NCBI GenBank assembly: GCA_032718475.1
Contig: JAUCBJ010006329.1
Span: 168,144 to 232,143, forward strand
DNA: 64,000 nucleotides
Source of the DNA: Nemertoderma westbladi
Lineage: Eukaryota > Animalia > Xenacoelomorpha
Direction: 5' to 3'
The notes under the pieces: model-generated
Told to the model about the DNA's origin: nothing
Seen by the model: only the letters and a program-made list of their open reading frames with translations
Database searches by the model: none
Shown here: positions 28,401 to 43,400 of the stretch, in pieces
How positions within the stretch are numbered: the first letter of the stretch is position 1
Layout: each line of letters begins with the position of its first letter
Program-made: the position numbers and the translations under genes

Positions 28401-31400
28401 TAATACTTCATTATGTTCATGAAATAGCTGAGAAATTTGAGGTGAGTTTTTGTATTACATATTAACTTCGGCTCCAGCCGCTTTGGCAATACGATGAAAC
28501 TATAATAAATATTCTAGAACACAACAATATTAACAGGGAGATAGGCTACTTATCTCTTCACTCTGAGAGCCTCAAAAACAGGGTGTTCCGACGCAATCAA
28601 ATTTAATACATCTCCAGGGGAAAGACGAAGCAAAGAACAGCTGATTACTTCTATAAATGTAAGTGTTACCTGTTCTTTTGACTTTCATTTAAGATTCGCA
28701 ACCTCATTGAGTGGGTTAGAAGTTATAAATATGAAGATCGATGTGGTTTTTGAAAAAAATCAAAGGATATTTTGATTAATTATTGCTGAAAAACACCAAG
28801 GATTTTGACATGGCTTTAATACTTCATTATGTTCATGAAATAGCTGAGAAATTTGAGGTGAATTGTTGCATTATATATTAACTTCAGCTCCAGTCTCTTT
28901 GGCAATACGATGAAACTATAATAAATATTCTAGAACACAACAATATTAACAGGGAGATAGGCTACTTATCTCTTCACTCTGAGAGCCTCAAAAACGGGGT
29001 GTTCCTACGCAATCAAATTTCATCCATCTCCAGGGGAAAGACGAAGCAAATAACAGCTGATTACTTCTATAAATGTAAGTGTTACCTGTTCTTTTGACAT
29101 TCATTTAAGATTCACTATCTCATGGAGTGGGTTAGAAGTTATAAATATAAAAATCGATGTGGTTTTTGAAAAAAATCAAAGGATATTTTGATTAATTATT
29201 GCTGAAAAACACCAAGATTTTGACATGGCTTTAATACTTCATTATGTTCAAGAAATATCTGAGATATTTGAGGTGAATTATTGTATTACATATTAACTTT
29301 GGCTCCAGCCGCTTTGGCAATACGATGAAACTATAATAAATATTCTAGAACACAACAATATTAACAGGGAGATAGGCTACTTATCTCTTCAGTCTGAGAG
29401 CCTCAAAAAGGGGGGTGTTCCGACGCAATCAAAATTCATCCATCTACAGGGGAAAAACGAAGCAAAGGACAGTTGATTACTTCTATGAATGTAAGTGTTA
29501 CCTGCTCCTTTGACTTTCATTTAAGATTCTTTATCTTTTGGAGTGGGTTAGAAGTCATGAATATGAAGAACGATGTCGTTTTTTGTAAAAAATCTGAGGA
29601 TATTTTGATAAATTATTGCTGAAAAACCCCAAGGATTTTGACATGGCTTTAATACTTCATTATGTTCATGAAATAGCTGAGAAATTTGAGGTGAGTTGTT
29701 GTATTACATATTAACTTCGGCTCCAGCCGCTTTGGCAATACGATGAAACTATAATAAATATTCTAGAACACAACAATATTAACAGGGAGATAGGCTACTT
29801 ATCTCTTCACTCTGAGAGCCTCAAAAACGGGGTGTTCCGACGCAATCAAATTTCATACATCTCCAGGGGAAAGACGAAGCAAAGAACAGCTGATTACTTC
29901 TATAAATGTAAGTGTTACCTGTTCTTTTGACTTTCATTTAAGATTCGCTATCTCGTGGAGTGGATTAGAAGTTATAAATATGAAAATCGATGTGGTTTTT
30001 GAAAAAAATCAGAAGATATTTTGATAAATTATTGCTGAAAAACCCCATGGATTTTGACATGGCTTTAATACTTCATTATATTCATGAAATAGCTGAGATA
30101 TTTGAGGTGAATTATTGTATCACATATTAACTTCGGCTTCAGGCGCTTTGGCAATACGATGAAACTATAATATATATTCTAGAACACAACAATACTAACA
30201 GGGAGATAGGCTACTTATCTCTTCACTATGAGAGCCTCAAAAAGGGGGTGTTCCGACGCAATCAAAATTTATCCATCTCCAGGGGAAAGACGAAGCAAAT
30301 ACTAGCTGATTACTTCTATAAATGTAAGTGTTACCTGTTCTTTTGACTTTCATTTAAGATTCTTTATCTTGTGGAGTGGGTTAGAAGTCATGAATAAGAA
30401 AATCGATTTCGTTTTTTGTAAAAAATCTGAGGATATTTTGATAAATTATTGCTGAAAAACCCAAAGGATTTTGACATGGCTTTAATACTCATTATATTCA
30501 TGAAATAGCTGAGATATTTGAGGTGAATTATTGCGTTACATATTAACTTTGGCTCCAGCCGCTTTGGCAATACGATGAAACTATAATAAAAATTCTAGAT
30601 CACAACAATATTAACAGGGAGATAGGCTACTTATCTCTTCACTCTGAGAGCCTCAAAAACGGGGTGTTCCTACGCAATCAAATTTCATCCATCTCCAGGG
30701 GAAAGACGAAGCCAATAACAGCTGATTACTTCTATAAATGTAAGTGCTACCTGTTCTTTTGACTTTCATTTAAGATTCTTTATCTTTTGAAGTGGGTTAG
30801 AAGTCATGAATATGAAGAACGATGTCGTTTTTTGTAAAAAATCTGAGGATATTTTGATAAATTATTGCTGAAAAACCCCAAGGATTTTGACATGGCTTTA
30901 ATACTTCATTATGTTCATGAAATAGCTGAGAAATTTGAGGTGAGTTTTTGTATTACATATTAACTTCGGCTCCAGCCGCTTTGGCAATACGATGAAATTA
31001 TAATAAATATTCTAGAACACAACAATATTAACAGGGAGATAGGCTACTTATCTCTTCACTCTGAGAGTCTCAAAAACGGGGTGTTCCGACGCAATCAAAT
31101 TTAATACATCTCCAGGGGAAAGACGAAGCAAAGAGCAGCTGATTACTTCTATAAATGTGAGTGTTACCTGTTCTTTTGACTTTCATTTAAGATTCGCAAC
31201 CTCATGGAGTGGGTTAGAAGTTATAAATATGAAGATCGATGTGGTTTTTGAAAAAAATCAAAGGATATTTTGATTAATTATTGCTGAAAAACACCAAGGA
31301 TTTTGACATGGCTTTAATACTTCATTATGTTCATGAAATAGCTGAGAAATTTGAGGTGAATTGTTGCATTATATATTAACTTCAGCTCCAGTCTCTTTGG

Positions 31401-34400
31401 CAATACGATGAAACTATAATAAATATTCTAGAACACAACAATATTAACAGGGAGATAGGCTACTTATCTCTTCACTCTGAGAGCCTCAAAAACGGGGTGT
31501 TCCTACGCAATCAAATTTCATCCATCTCCAGGGGAAAGACGAAGCAAATAACAGCTGATTACTTCTATAAATGTAAGTGTTACCTGTTCTTTTGACATTC
31601 ATTTAAGATTCACTATCTCATGGAGTGGGTTAGAAGTTATAAATATAAAAATCGATGTGGTTTTTGAAAAAAATCAAAGGATATTTTGATTAATTATTGC
31701 TGAAAAACACCAAGATTTTGACATGGCTTTAATACTTCATTATGTTCATGAAATATCTGAGATATTTGAGGTGAATTATTGTATTACATATTAACTTTGG
31801 CTCCAGCCGCTTTGGCAATACGATGAAACTATAATAAATATTCTAGAACACAACAATATTAACAGGGAGATAGGCTACTTATCTCTTCAATCTGAGAGCC
31901 TCAAAAAGGGGGGTGTTCCGACGCAATCAAAATTCATCCATCTACAGGGGAAAAACGAAGCAAAGAACAGTTGATTACTTCTATGAATGTAAGTGTTACC
32001 TGCTCCTTTGACTTTCATTTAAGATTCTTTATCTTTTGGAGTGGGTTAGAAGTCATGAATATGAAGAACGATGTCGTTTTTTGTAAAAAATCTGAGGATA
32101 TTTTGATAAATTATTGCTGAAAAACCCCAAGGATTTTGACATGGCTTTAATACTTCATTATGTTCATGAAATAGCTGAGAAATTTGAGGTGAGTTGTTGT
32201 ATTACATATTAACTTCGGCTCCAGCCGCTTTGGCAATACGATGAAACTATAATAAACATTCTAGAACACAACAATATTAACAGGGAGATAGGCTACTTAT
32301 CTCTTCACTCTGAGAGCCTCAAAAACGGGGTGTTCCGACACAATCAAATTTCATACATCTCTAGGGGAAAGACGAAGCAAAGAACAGCTGATTACTTCTA
32401 TAAATGTAAGTGTTACCTGTTCTTTTGACTTTCATTTAAGATTCGCAACCTCATGGAGTGGGTTAGAAGTTATAAATATGAAGATCGATGTGGTTTTTGA
32501 AAAAAATCAAAGGATATTTTGATTAATTATTGCTGAAAAACACCAAGGATTTTGACATGGCTTTAATACTTCATTATGTTCATGAAATAGCTGAGAAATT
32601 TGAGGTGAATTGTTGCATTATATATTAACTTCAGCTCCAGTCTCTTTGGCAATACGATGAAACTATAATAAATATTCTAGAACACAACAATATTAACAGG
32701 GAGATAGGATACTTATCTCTTCACTCTGAGAGCCTCAAAAAGGAGGTGTTCCGACGCAATCAAAATTCATCCATCTACAGGGGAAAAACGAACCAAAGAA
32801 CAGTTGATTACTTCTATAAATGTAAGTGTTACCTGCTCCTTTGACTTTCATTTAAGATTCTTTATCTTTTGGAGTGGGTTAGAAGTCATGAATAAGAAAA
32901 TCGATTTCGTTTTTTGTAAAAAATCTGAGGATATTTTGATAAATTATTGCTGAAAAACCCCAAGGATTTTGACATGGCTTTAATACTTCATTATGTTCAT
33001 GAAATAGCTGAGAAATTTGAGGTGAGTTGTTGTATTACATATTAACTTCGGCTCCAGGCGCTTTGGCAATACGATGAAACTATAATATATATTCTAGAAC
33101 ACAACAATATTAACAGGGAGATAGGCTACTTATCTCTTCACTGTGAGAGCCTCAAAAAGGGGGTGTTCCGATGCAATCAAAATTCTTCCATCTCCAGGGG
33201 AAAGACGAAGCAAATAACAGCTGATTACTTCTATAAATGTAAGTGTTACCAGTTCTTTTGACTTTCATTTAAGATTCTTTATCTTGTGGAGTGGATTAGA
33301 AGTTATAAATATGAAGATCGATGTGGTTTTTGAAAAAAATCAAAGGATATTTTGATTAATTATTGCTGAAAAACACCAAGGATTTTGACATGGCTTTAAT
33401 ACTTCATTATGTTCATGAAATAGCTGAGAAATTTGAGGTGAATTGTTGCATTATATATTAACTTCGGCTCCAGCCGCTTTGGCAATACGATGAAACTATA
33501 ATAAATATTCTAGAACACAACAATATTAACAGGGATATAGGCTACTTATCTCTTCACTCTGAGAGCCTCAAAAAGGGGGTGTTCCGACGCAATCAAAATT
33601 CATCCATCTACAGGGGAAAAAACGAAGCAAAGAACAGTTGATTACTTCTATAAATGTAAGTGTTACCTGCTCCTTTGACTTTCATTTAAGATTCGCTATC
33701 TCGTGGAGTGGATTAGAAGTTATAAATATGAAAATCGATGTCGTTTTTTGTAAAAAATCAGAGGATATTTTGATAAATTATTGCTGAAAAACCCCAAGCA
33801 TTTTGACATGGCTTTAATACTTCATTATATTCATGAAATAGCTGAGATATTTGAGGTGAATTATTGTATCACATATTAACTTCGGCTCCAGGCGCTTTGG
33901 CAATACGATGAAACTATAATATATATTCTAGAACACAACAATATTAACAGGGAGATAGGCTACTTATCTCTTCACTCTGAGAGCCTCAAAAAGGGGGTGT
34001 TCCGATGCAATCAAAATTCTTCCATCTCCAGGGGAAAGACGAAGCAAATAACACCTGATTACTTCTATAAATGTAAGTGTTACCAGTTCTTTTGACTTTC
34101 ATTTAAGATTCTTTATCTTGTGGAGTGGGTTAGAAGTCATGAATAAGAAAATCGATTTCGTTTTTTGTAAAAAATCTGAGGATATTTTGATAAATTATTG
34201 CTGAAAAACCCCAAGGATTTTGACATGGCTTTGATACTTCATTATTTTTCATGAAAATCTGAGATATTTGAGGTGAATTATTGCATTACATAATAACTTT
34301 AACTGCAGCCACATTAGCAATACGATGAAACTATAATAAATATTCTAGAACACAACCATATTAACAGGGAGATAGGCTACTTATCTCTCCACTCTGAGAG

Positions 34401-37400
34401 CCTGAAAAAAGGGGGTGTTCCGACGCTATCAAAATTAATCCATCTCCTGGGGAAAGACGAAGCAAAGAACAGCTGATTACTTCTATAAATGAAAGTGTTA
34501 CCTGCTCCTTTGACTTTCATTTAAGATTCTTTATCTTTTGGAGTGGGTTAGAAGTCATGAATATGAAAAACGATATAATTTTTTGTAAAAAATCTGAGGA
34601 TATTTGGATAAATTATTGGTGAAAAACCCCAAGGATTTTGACATTGTTTTAATACTTCATTATGTTCATTAAAAAACTGAGATATTTGAGGTGAATTATT
34701 GCATTACATAATAACTTTAACTCCAGCCACTTTAGCAATACGATGAAACTATAATAAATATTCTAGAACACAACAATATTAACATGGAGATAGGCTATTT
34801 ATCTCTCCACTCAGACAGCCACAGATAGGGAGGGGTGTTTTGACACAATCAAAATTCAACCATCTCCAGGGGAAAGACGAAGCAAATAACAGCTGATTAC
34901 TTCTATAAAGGAAAGTGTTACCTGTTCTTATGACTTTCGTTTAAGATTCTCTATCTCATGGAGTGGATTAGAAGTGATAAATATGAAAATCGATGTGGTT
35001 TTTGAAAAAAATCAGAGGATATTTTGATAAATTATTGCTGAAAAACCCCAAGGATTTTGACATGGCTTTAATACTCATTATATTCATGAAATAGCTGAGA
35101 TATTTGAGGTGAATTATTGCGTTACATATTAACTTTGGCTCCAGCCGCTTTGGCAATACGATGAAACTATAATAAATATTCTAGAACACAACAATATTAA
35201 CAGGGATATAGGCTACTTATCTCTTCACTCTGAGAGCCTCAAAAAGGGGGTGTTCCGACGCAATCAAAATTCATCCATCTACAGGGGAAAAACGAAGCAA
35301 AGAACAGTTGATTACTTCTATAAATGTAAGTGTTACCTGCTCCTTTGACTTTCATTTAAGATTCGCTATCTCGTGGAGTGGATTAGAAGTTATAAATATG
35401 AAAATCGATGTCGTTTTTTGTAAAAAATCAGAGGATATTTTGATAAATTATTGCTGAAAAACCCCAAGCATTTTGACATGGCTTTAATACTTCATTATAT
35501 TCATGAAATAGCTGAGATATTTGAGGTGAATTATTGCATTACATAATAACTTTAACTCCAGCCACTTTAGCAATACGATGAAACTATAATAAATATTCTA
35601 GAACACAACAATATTAACATGGAGATAGGCTATTTATCTCTCCACTCAGACAGCCACAGATAGGGATGGGTGTTTTGACACAATCAAAATTCAACCATCT
35701 CCAGGGGAAAGACGAAGCAAATAACAGCTGATTACTTCTATAAAGGAAAGTGTTACCTGTTCTTATGACTTTCGTTTAAGATTCTCTATCTCGTGGAGTG
35801 GATTAGAAGTAATAAATATGAAAATCGATGTGGTTTTTGAAAAAAATTAGAGGATATTTTGATAAATTATTGCTGAAAAACCCCAAGGATTTTGACATGG
35901 CTTTAATACTCATTATATTCATGAAATAGCTGAGATATTTGAGGTGAATTATTGCATTACATATTAACTTTGGCTCCAGCCGCTTTGGCAATACGATGAA
36001 ACAATAATAAATATTCTAGAACACAACAATATTAACAGGGAGATAGGCTACTTATCTCTTCACTCTGAGAGCCTCAAAGAGGGGGTGTTCCGACGCAATC
36101 AAAATTCATCCATCTCCAGGGGAAAGACGAAGCAAAGAACAGCTGATTACTTCTATAAATGTAAGTGTTACCTGTTCTTTTGACTTTCATTTAAGATTCG
36201 CAACCTCATGGAGTGGGTTAGAAGTTATAAATATGAAGATCGATGTGGTTTTTGAAAAAAATCAAAGGATATTTTGATTAATTATTGCTGAAAAACACCA
36301 AGGATTTTGACATGGCTTTAATACTTCATTATGTTCATGAAATAGCTGAGAAATTTGAGGTGAATTGTTGCATTATATATTAACTTCAGCTCCAGTCTCT
36401 TTGGCAATACGATGAAACTATAATAAATATTCTAGAACACAACAATATTAACAGGGAGATAGGCTACTTATCTCTTCACTCTGAGAGCCTCAAAAACGGG
36501 GTGTTCCTACGCAATCAAATTTCATCCATCTCCAGGGGAAAGACGAAGCAAATAACAGCTGATTACTTCTATAAATGTAAGTGTTACCTGTTCTTTTGAC
36601 TTTCATTTAAGATTCGCAACCTCATGGAGTGGGTTAGAAGTTATAAATATGAAGATCGATGTGGTTTTTGAAAAAAATCAAAGGATATTTTGATTAATTA
36701 TTGCTGAAAAACACCAAGGATTTTGACATGGCTTTAATACTTCATTATGTTCATGAAATAGCTGAGAAATTTGAGGTGAATTGTTGCATTATATATTAAC
36801 TTCGGCTCCAGTCTCTTTGGCAATACGATGAAACTATAATAAATATTCTAGAACACAACAATATTAACAGGGAGATAGGATACTTATCTCTTCACTCTGA
36901 GAGCCTCAAAAAGGGGGTGTTCCGACGCAATCAAAATTCATCCATCTACAGGGGAAAAACGAAGCAAAGAACAGTTGATTACTTCTATAAATGTAAGTGT
37001 TACCTGCTCCTTTGACTTTCATTTAAGATTCTTTATCTTTTGGAGTGGGTTAGAAGTCATGAATATGAAGAACGATGTCGTTTTTTGTAAAAAATCTCAG
37101 GATATTTTGATAAATTATTGCTGAAAAACCCCAAGGATTTTGACATGGCTTTAATACTTCATTATGTTCATGAAATAGCTGAGAAATTTGAGGTGAGTTG
37201 TTGTATTACATATTAACTTCGGCTCCAGCCGCTTTGGCAATACGATGAAACTATAATAAATATTCTAGAACACAACAATATTAACAGGGAGATAGGCTAC
37301 TTATCTCTTCACTCTGAGAGCCTCAAAAAGGGGGTGTTCCGATGCAATCAAAATTCTTCCATCTCCAGGGGAAAGACGAAGCAAATAACAGCTGATTACT

Positions 37401-40400
37401 TCTATAAATGTAAGTGTTACCAGTTCTTTTGACTTTCATTTAAGATTCTTTATCTTGTGGAGTGGGTTAGAAGTCATGAATAAGAAAATCGATTTCGTTT
37501 TTTGTAAAAAATCTGAGGATATTTTGATAAATTATTGCTGAAAAACCCCAAGGATTTTGACATGGCTTTGATACTTCATTATTTTTCATGAAAATCTGAG
37601 ATATTTGAGGTGAATTATTGCATTACATAATAACTTTAACTGCAGCCACATTAGCAATACGATGAAACTATAATAAATATTCTAGAACACAACCATATTA
37701 ACAGGGAGATAGGCTACTTATCTCTCCACTCTGAGAGCCTGAAAAAAGGGGGTGTTCCGACGCTATCAAAATTAATCCATCTCCTGGGGAAAGACGAAGC
37801 AAAGAACAGCTGATTACTTCTATAAATGAAAGTGTTACCTGCTCCTTTGACTTTCATTTAAGATTCTTTATCTTTTGGAGTGGGTTAGAAGTCATGAATA
37901 TGAAAAACGATATCATTTTTTGTAAAAAATCTGAGGATATTTTGATAAATTATTGGTGAAAAACCCCAAGGATTTTGACATGGCTTTAATACTTCATTAT
38001 GTTCATTAAAAAACTGAGATATTTGAGGTGAATTATTGCATTACATAATAACTTTAACTCCAGCCACTTTAGCAATACGATGAAACTATAATAAATATTC
38101 TAGAACACAACAATATTAACATGGAGATAGGCTATTTATCTCTCCACTCAGACAGCCACAGATAGGGAGGGGTGTTTTGACACAATCAAAATTCAACCAT
38201 CTCCAGGGGAAAGACGAAGCAAATAACAGCTGATTACTTCTATAAAGGAAAGTGTTACCTGTTCTTATGACTTTCGTTTAAGATTCTCTATCTCATGGAG
38301 TGGATTAGAAGTGATAAATATGAAAATCGATGTGGTTTTTGAAAAAAATCAGAGGATATTTTGATAAATTATTGCTGAAAAACCCCAAGGATTTTGACAT
38401 GGCTTTATACTCATTATATTCATGAAATAGCTGAGATATTTGAGGTGAATTATTGCGTTACATATTAACTTTGGCTCCAGCCGCTTTGGCAATACGATGA
38501 AACTATACTAAATATTCTAGAACACAACAATATTAACATGGAGATAGGCTATTTATCTCTCCACTCAGACAGCCACAGATAGGGAGGGGTGTTTTGACAC
38601 AATCAAAATTCAACCATCTCCAGGGGAAAGACGAAGCAAATAACAGCTGATTACTTCTATAAAGGAAAGTGTTACCTGTTCTTATGACTTTCGTTTAAGA
38701 TTCTCTATCTCGTGGAGTGGATTAGAAGTGATAAATATGAAAATCGATGTGGTTTTTGAAAAAAATCAGAGGATATTTTGATAAATTATTGCTGAAAAAC
38801 CCCAAGGATTTTGACATGGCTTTAATACTCATTATATTCATGAAATAGCTGAGATATTTGAGGTGAATTATTGCATTACATATTAACTTTGGCTCCAGCC
38901 GCTTTGGCAATACGATGAAACTATAATAAAAATTCTAGACCACAACAATATTAACAGGGAGATAGGCTACTTATCTCTTCATTCTGAGAGCCTCAAAAAG
39001 GGGGTGTTCTGACGCAATCAAAATTCATCCATCTCCTGGGGAAAGACGAAGCAAATAACAGCTGATTACTTCTATAAAGGAAAGTGTTACCTGTTCTTAT
39101 GACTTTCGTTTAAGATTCTCTATCTCGTGGAGTGGATTAGAAGTGATAAATATGAAAATCGATGTGGTTTTTGAAAAAAATCAGAGGATATTTTGATAAA
39201 TTATTGCTGAAAAACCCCAAGGATTTTGACATGGCTTTAATACTCATTATATTCATGAAATAGCTGAGATATTTGAGGTGAATTATTGCGTTACATATTA
39301 ACTTTGGCTCCAGCCGCTTTGGCAATACGATGAAACTATAATAAATATTCTAGAACACAACAATATTAACAGGGAGATAGGCTACTTATCTCTCCACTCT
39401 GAGAGCCTCAAAAAGGGGGTGTTCCTGACGCAATCAAAATTCATCCATCTCCAGGGGAAAGACGAAGCAAATAACAGCTGATTACTTCTATAAATGAAAG
39501 TGTTACCTGTTCTTTTGACTTTCATTTAAGATTCTCTATCTCGTGGAGTGGGTTAGAAGTCATAAATATGAAAATCGATGTGGTTTTTTGAAAAAAATCT
39601 AGAGGATATTTTGATAAATTATTGCTGAAAAACCCCAAGGATTTTGACATGGCTTTAATACTCATTATATTCATGAAATAGCTGAGATATTTGAGGTGAA
39701 TTATTGCATTACATATTAACTTTGGCTCCAGCCGCTTTGGCAATACGATGAAACTATAATAAATATTCTAGAACACAACAATATTAACAGGGAGATAGGC
39801 TACTTATCTCTTCACTCTGAGAGCCTCAAAAAGGGGGTGTTCCGACGCAATCAAATTTCATCCATCTCCAGGGGAAAGACGAAGCAAAGAACAGCTGATT
39901 ACTTCTATAAATGTAAGTGTTACCTGTTCTTTTGACTTTCATTTAAGATTCGCAACCTCATGGAGTGGGTTAGAAGTTATAAATATGAAGATCGATGTGG
40001 TTTTTGAAAAAAATCAAAGGATATTTTGATTAATTATTGCTGAAAAACACCAAGGATTTTGACATGGCTTTAATACTTCATTATGTTCATGAAATAGCTG
40101 AGAAATTTGAGGTGAATTGTTGCATTATATATTAACTTCAGCTCCAGTCTCTTTGGCAATACGATGAAACTATAATAAATATTCTAGAACACAACAATAT
40201 TAACAGGGAGATAGGCTACTTATCTCTTCACTCTGAGAGCCTCAAAAACGGGGTGTTCCTACGCAATCAAATTTCATCCATCTCCAGGGGAAAGACGAAG
40301 CAAATAACAGCTGATTACTTCTATAAATGTAAGTGTTACCTGTTCTTTTGACTTTCATTTAAGATTCTTTATCTTTTGGAGTGGGTTAGAAGTCATGAAT

Positions 40401-43400
40401 ATGAAGAACGATGTCGTTTTTTGTAAAAAATCTCAGGATATTTTGATAAATTATTGCTGAAAAACCCCAAGGATTTTGACATGGCTTTAATACTTCATTA
40501 TGTTCATGAAATAGCTGAGAAATTTGAGGTGAGTTGTTGTATTACATATTAACTTCGGCTCCAGCCGCTTTGGCAATACGATGAAACTATAATAAATATT
40601 CTAGAACACAACAATATTAACAGGGAGATAGGCTACTTATCTCTTCACTCTGAGAGCCTCAAAAAGGGGGTGTTCCGACGCAATCAAAATTCATCCATCT
40701 ACAGGGGAAAAACGAAGCAAAGAACAGTTGATTACTTCTATAAATGTAAGTGTTACCTGCTCCTTTGACTTTCATTTAAGATTCTTTATCTTTTGGAGTG
40801 GGTTAGAAGTCATGAATATGAAGAACGATGTCGTTTTTTGTAAAAAATCTCAGGATATTTTGATAAATTATTGCTGAAAAACCCCCAAGGATTTTGACAT
40901 GGCTTTAATACTTCATTATGTTCATGAAATAGCTGAGAAATTTGAGGTGAGTTGTTGTATTACATATTAACTTCGGCTCCAGCCGCTTTGGCAATACGAT
41001 GAAACTATAATAAATATTCTAGAACACAACAAAATTAACAGGGAGATAGGCTACTCATCTCTTCACTCTGACAGCCTCAAAAAGGGGGTGTTCCGACGCA
41101 ATCAAAATTCATCAATCTCCAGGGGAATGATGAAGCAAAGAACAGCTGATTACTTCTATAAATGTAAGTGTTACCTGTTCTTTTGACTTTCATTTAAGAT
41201 TCGCTATCTCGTGGAGTGGATTAGAAGTTATAAATATGAAAATCGATGTGGTTTTTGAAAAAAATCAGAGGATATTTTGATAAATTATTGCTGAAAAACC
41301 CCAAGCATTTTGACATGGCTTTAATACTTCATTATATTCATGAAATAGCTGAGATATTTGAGGTGAATTATTGTATCACATATTAACTTCGGCTCCAGGC
41401 GCTTTGGCAATACGATGAAACTATAATATATATTCTAGAACACAACAATATTAACAGGGAGATAGGCTACTTATCTCTTCACTCTGAGAGCCTCAAAAAG
41501 GGGGTGTTCCGATGCAATCAAAATTCTTCCATCTCCAGGGGAAAGACGAAGCAAATAACAGCTGATTACTTCTATAAATGTAAGTGTTACCAGTTCTTTT
41601 GACTTTCATTTAAGATTCTTTATCTTGTGGAGTGGGTTAGAAGTCATGAATAAGAAAATCGATTTCGTTTTTTGTAAAAAATCTGAGGATATTTTGATAA
41701 ATTATTGCTGAAAAACCCCAAGGATTTTGACATGGCTTTGATACTTCATTATTTTTCATGAAAATCTGAGATATTTGAGGTGAATTATTGCATTACATAA
41801 TAACTTTAACTGCAGCCACATTAGCAATACGATGAAACTATAATAAATATTCTAGAACACAACCATATTAACAGGGAGATAGGCTACTTATCTCTCCACT
41901 CTGAGAGCCTGAAAAAAGGGGGTGTTCCGACGCTATCAAAATTAATCCATCTCCTGGGGAAAGACGAAGCAAAGAACAGCTGATTACTTCTATAAATGAA
42001 AGTGTTACCTGCTCCTTTGACTTTCATTTAAGATTCTTTATCTTTTGGAGTGGGTTAGAAGTCATGAATATGAAAAACGATATCATTTTTTGTAAAAAAT
42101 CTGAGGATATTTTGATAAATTATTGGTGAAAAACCCCAAGGATTTTGACATGGCTTTAATACTTCATTATGTTCATTAAAAAACTGAGATATTTGAGGTG
42201 AATTATTGCATTACATAATAACTTTAACTCCAGCCACTTTAGCAATACGATGAAACTATAATAAATATTCTAGAACACAACAATATTAACATGGAGATAG
42301 GCTATTTATCTCTCCACTCAGACAGCCACAGATAGGGAGGGGTGTTTTGACACAATCAAAATTCAACCATCTCCAGGGGAAAGACGAAGCAAATAACAGC
42401 TGATTACTTCTATAAAGGAAAGTGTTACCTGTTCTTATGACTTTCGTTTAAGATTCTCTATCTCATGGAGTGGATTAGAAGTGATAAATATGAAAATCGA
42501 TGTGGTTTTTGAAAAAAATCAGAGGATATTTTGATAAATTATTGCTGAAAAACCCCAAGGATTTTGACATGGCTTTATACTCATTATATTCATGAAATAG
42601 CTGAGATATTTGAGGTGAATTATTGCGTTACATATTAACTTTGGCTCCAGCCGCTTTGGCAATACGATGAAACTATACTAAATATTCTAGAACACAACAA
42701 TATTAACATGGAGATAGGCTATTTATCTCTCCACTCAGACAGCCACAGATAGGGAGGGGTGTTTTGACACAATCAAAATTCAACCATCTCCAGGGGAAAG
42801 ACGAAGCAAATAACAGCTGATTACTTCTATAAAGGAAAGTGTTACCTGTTCTTATGACTTTCGTTTAAGATTCTCTATCTCGTGGAGTGGATTAGAAGTG
42901 ATAAATATGAAAATCGATGTGGTTTTTGAAAAAAATCAGAGGATATTTTGATAAATTATTGCTGAAAAACCCCAAGGATTTTGACATGGCTTTAATACTC
43001 ATTATATTCATGAAATAGCTGAGATATTTGAGGTGAATTATTGCATTACATATTAACTTTGGCTCCAGCCGCTTTGGCAATACGATGAAACTATAATAAA
43101 AATTCTAGACCACAACAATATTAACAGGGAGATAGGCTACTTATCTCTTCATTCTGAGAGCCTCAAAAAGGGGGTGTTCGACCAATCAAATTCATCCATC
43201 TCCTGGGGAAAGACGAAGCAAATAACAGCTGATTACTTCTATAAAGGAAAGTGTTACCTGTTCTTATGACTTTCGTTTAAGATTCTCTATCTCGTGGAGT
43301 GGATTAGAAGTGATAAATATGAAAATCGATGTGGTTTTTGAAAAAAATCAGAGGATATTTTGATAAATTATTGCTGAAAAACCCCAAGGATTTTGACATG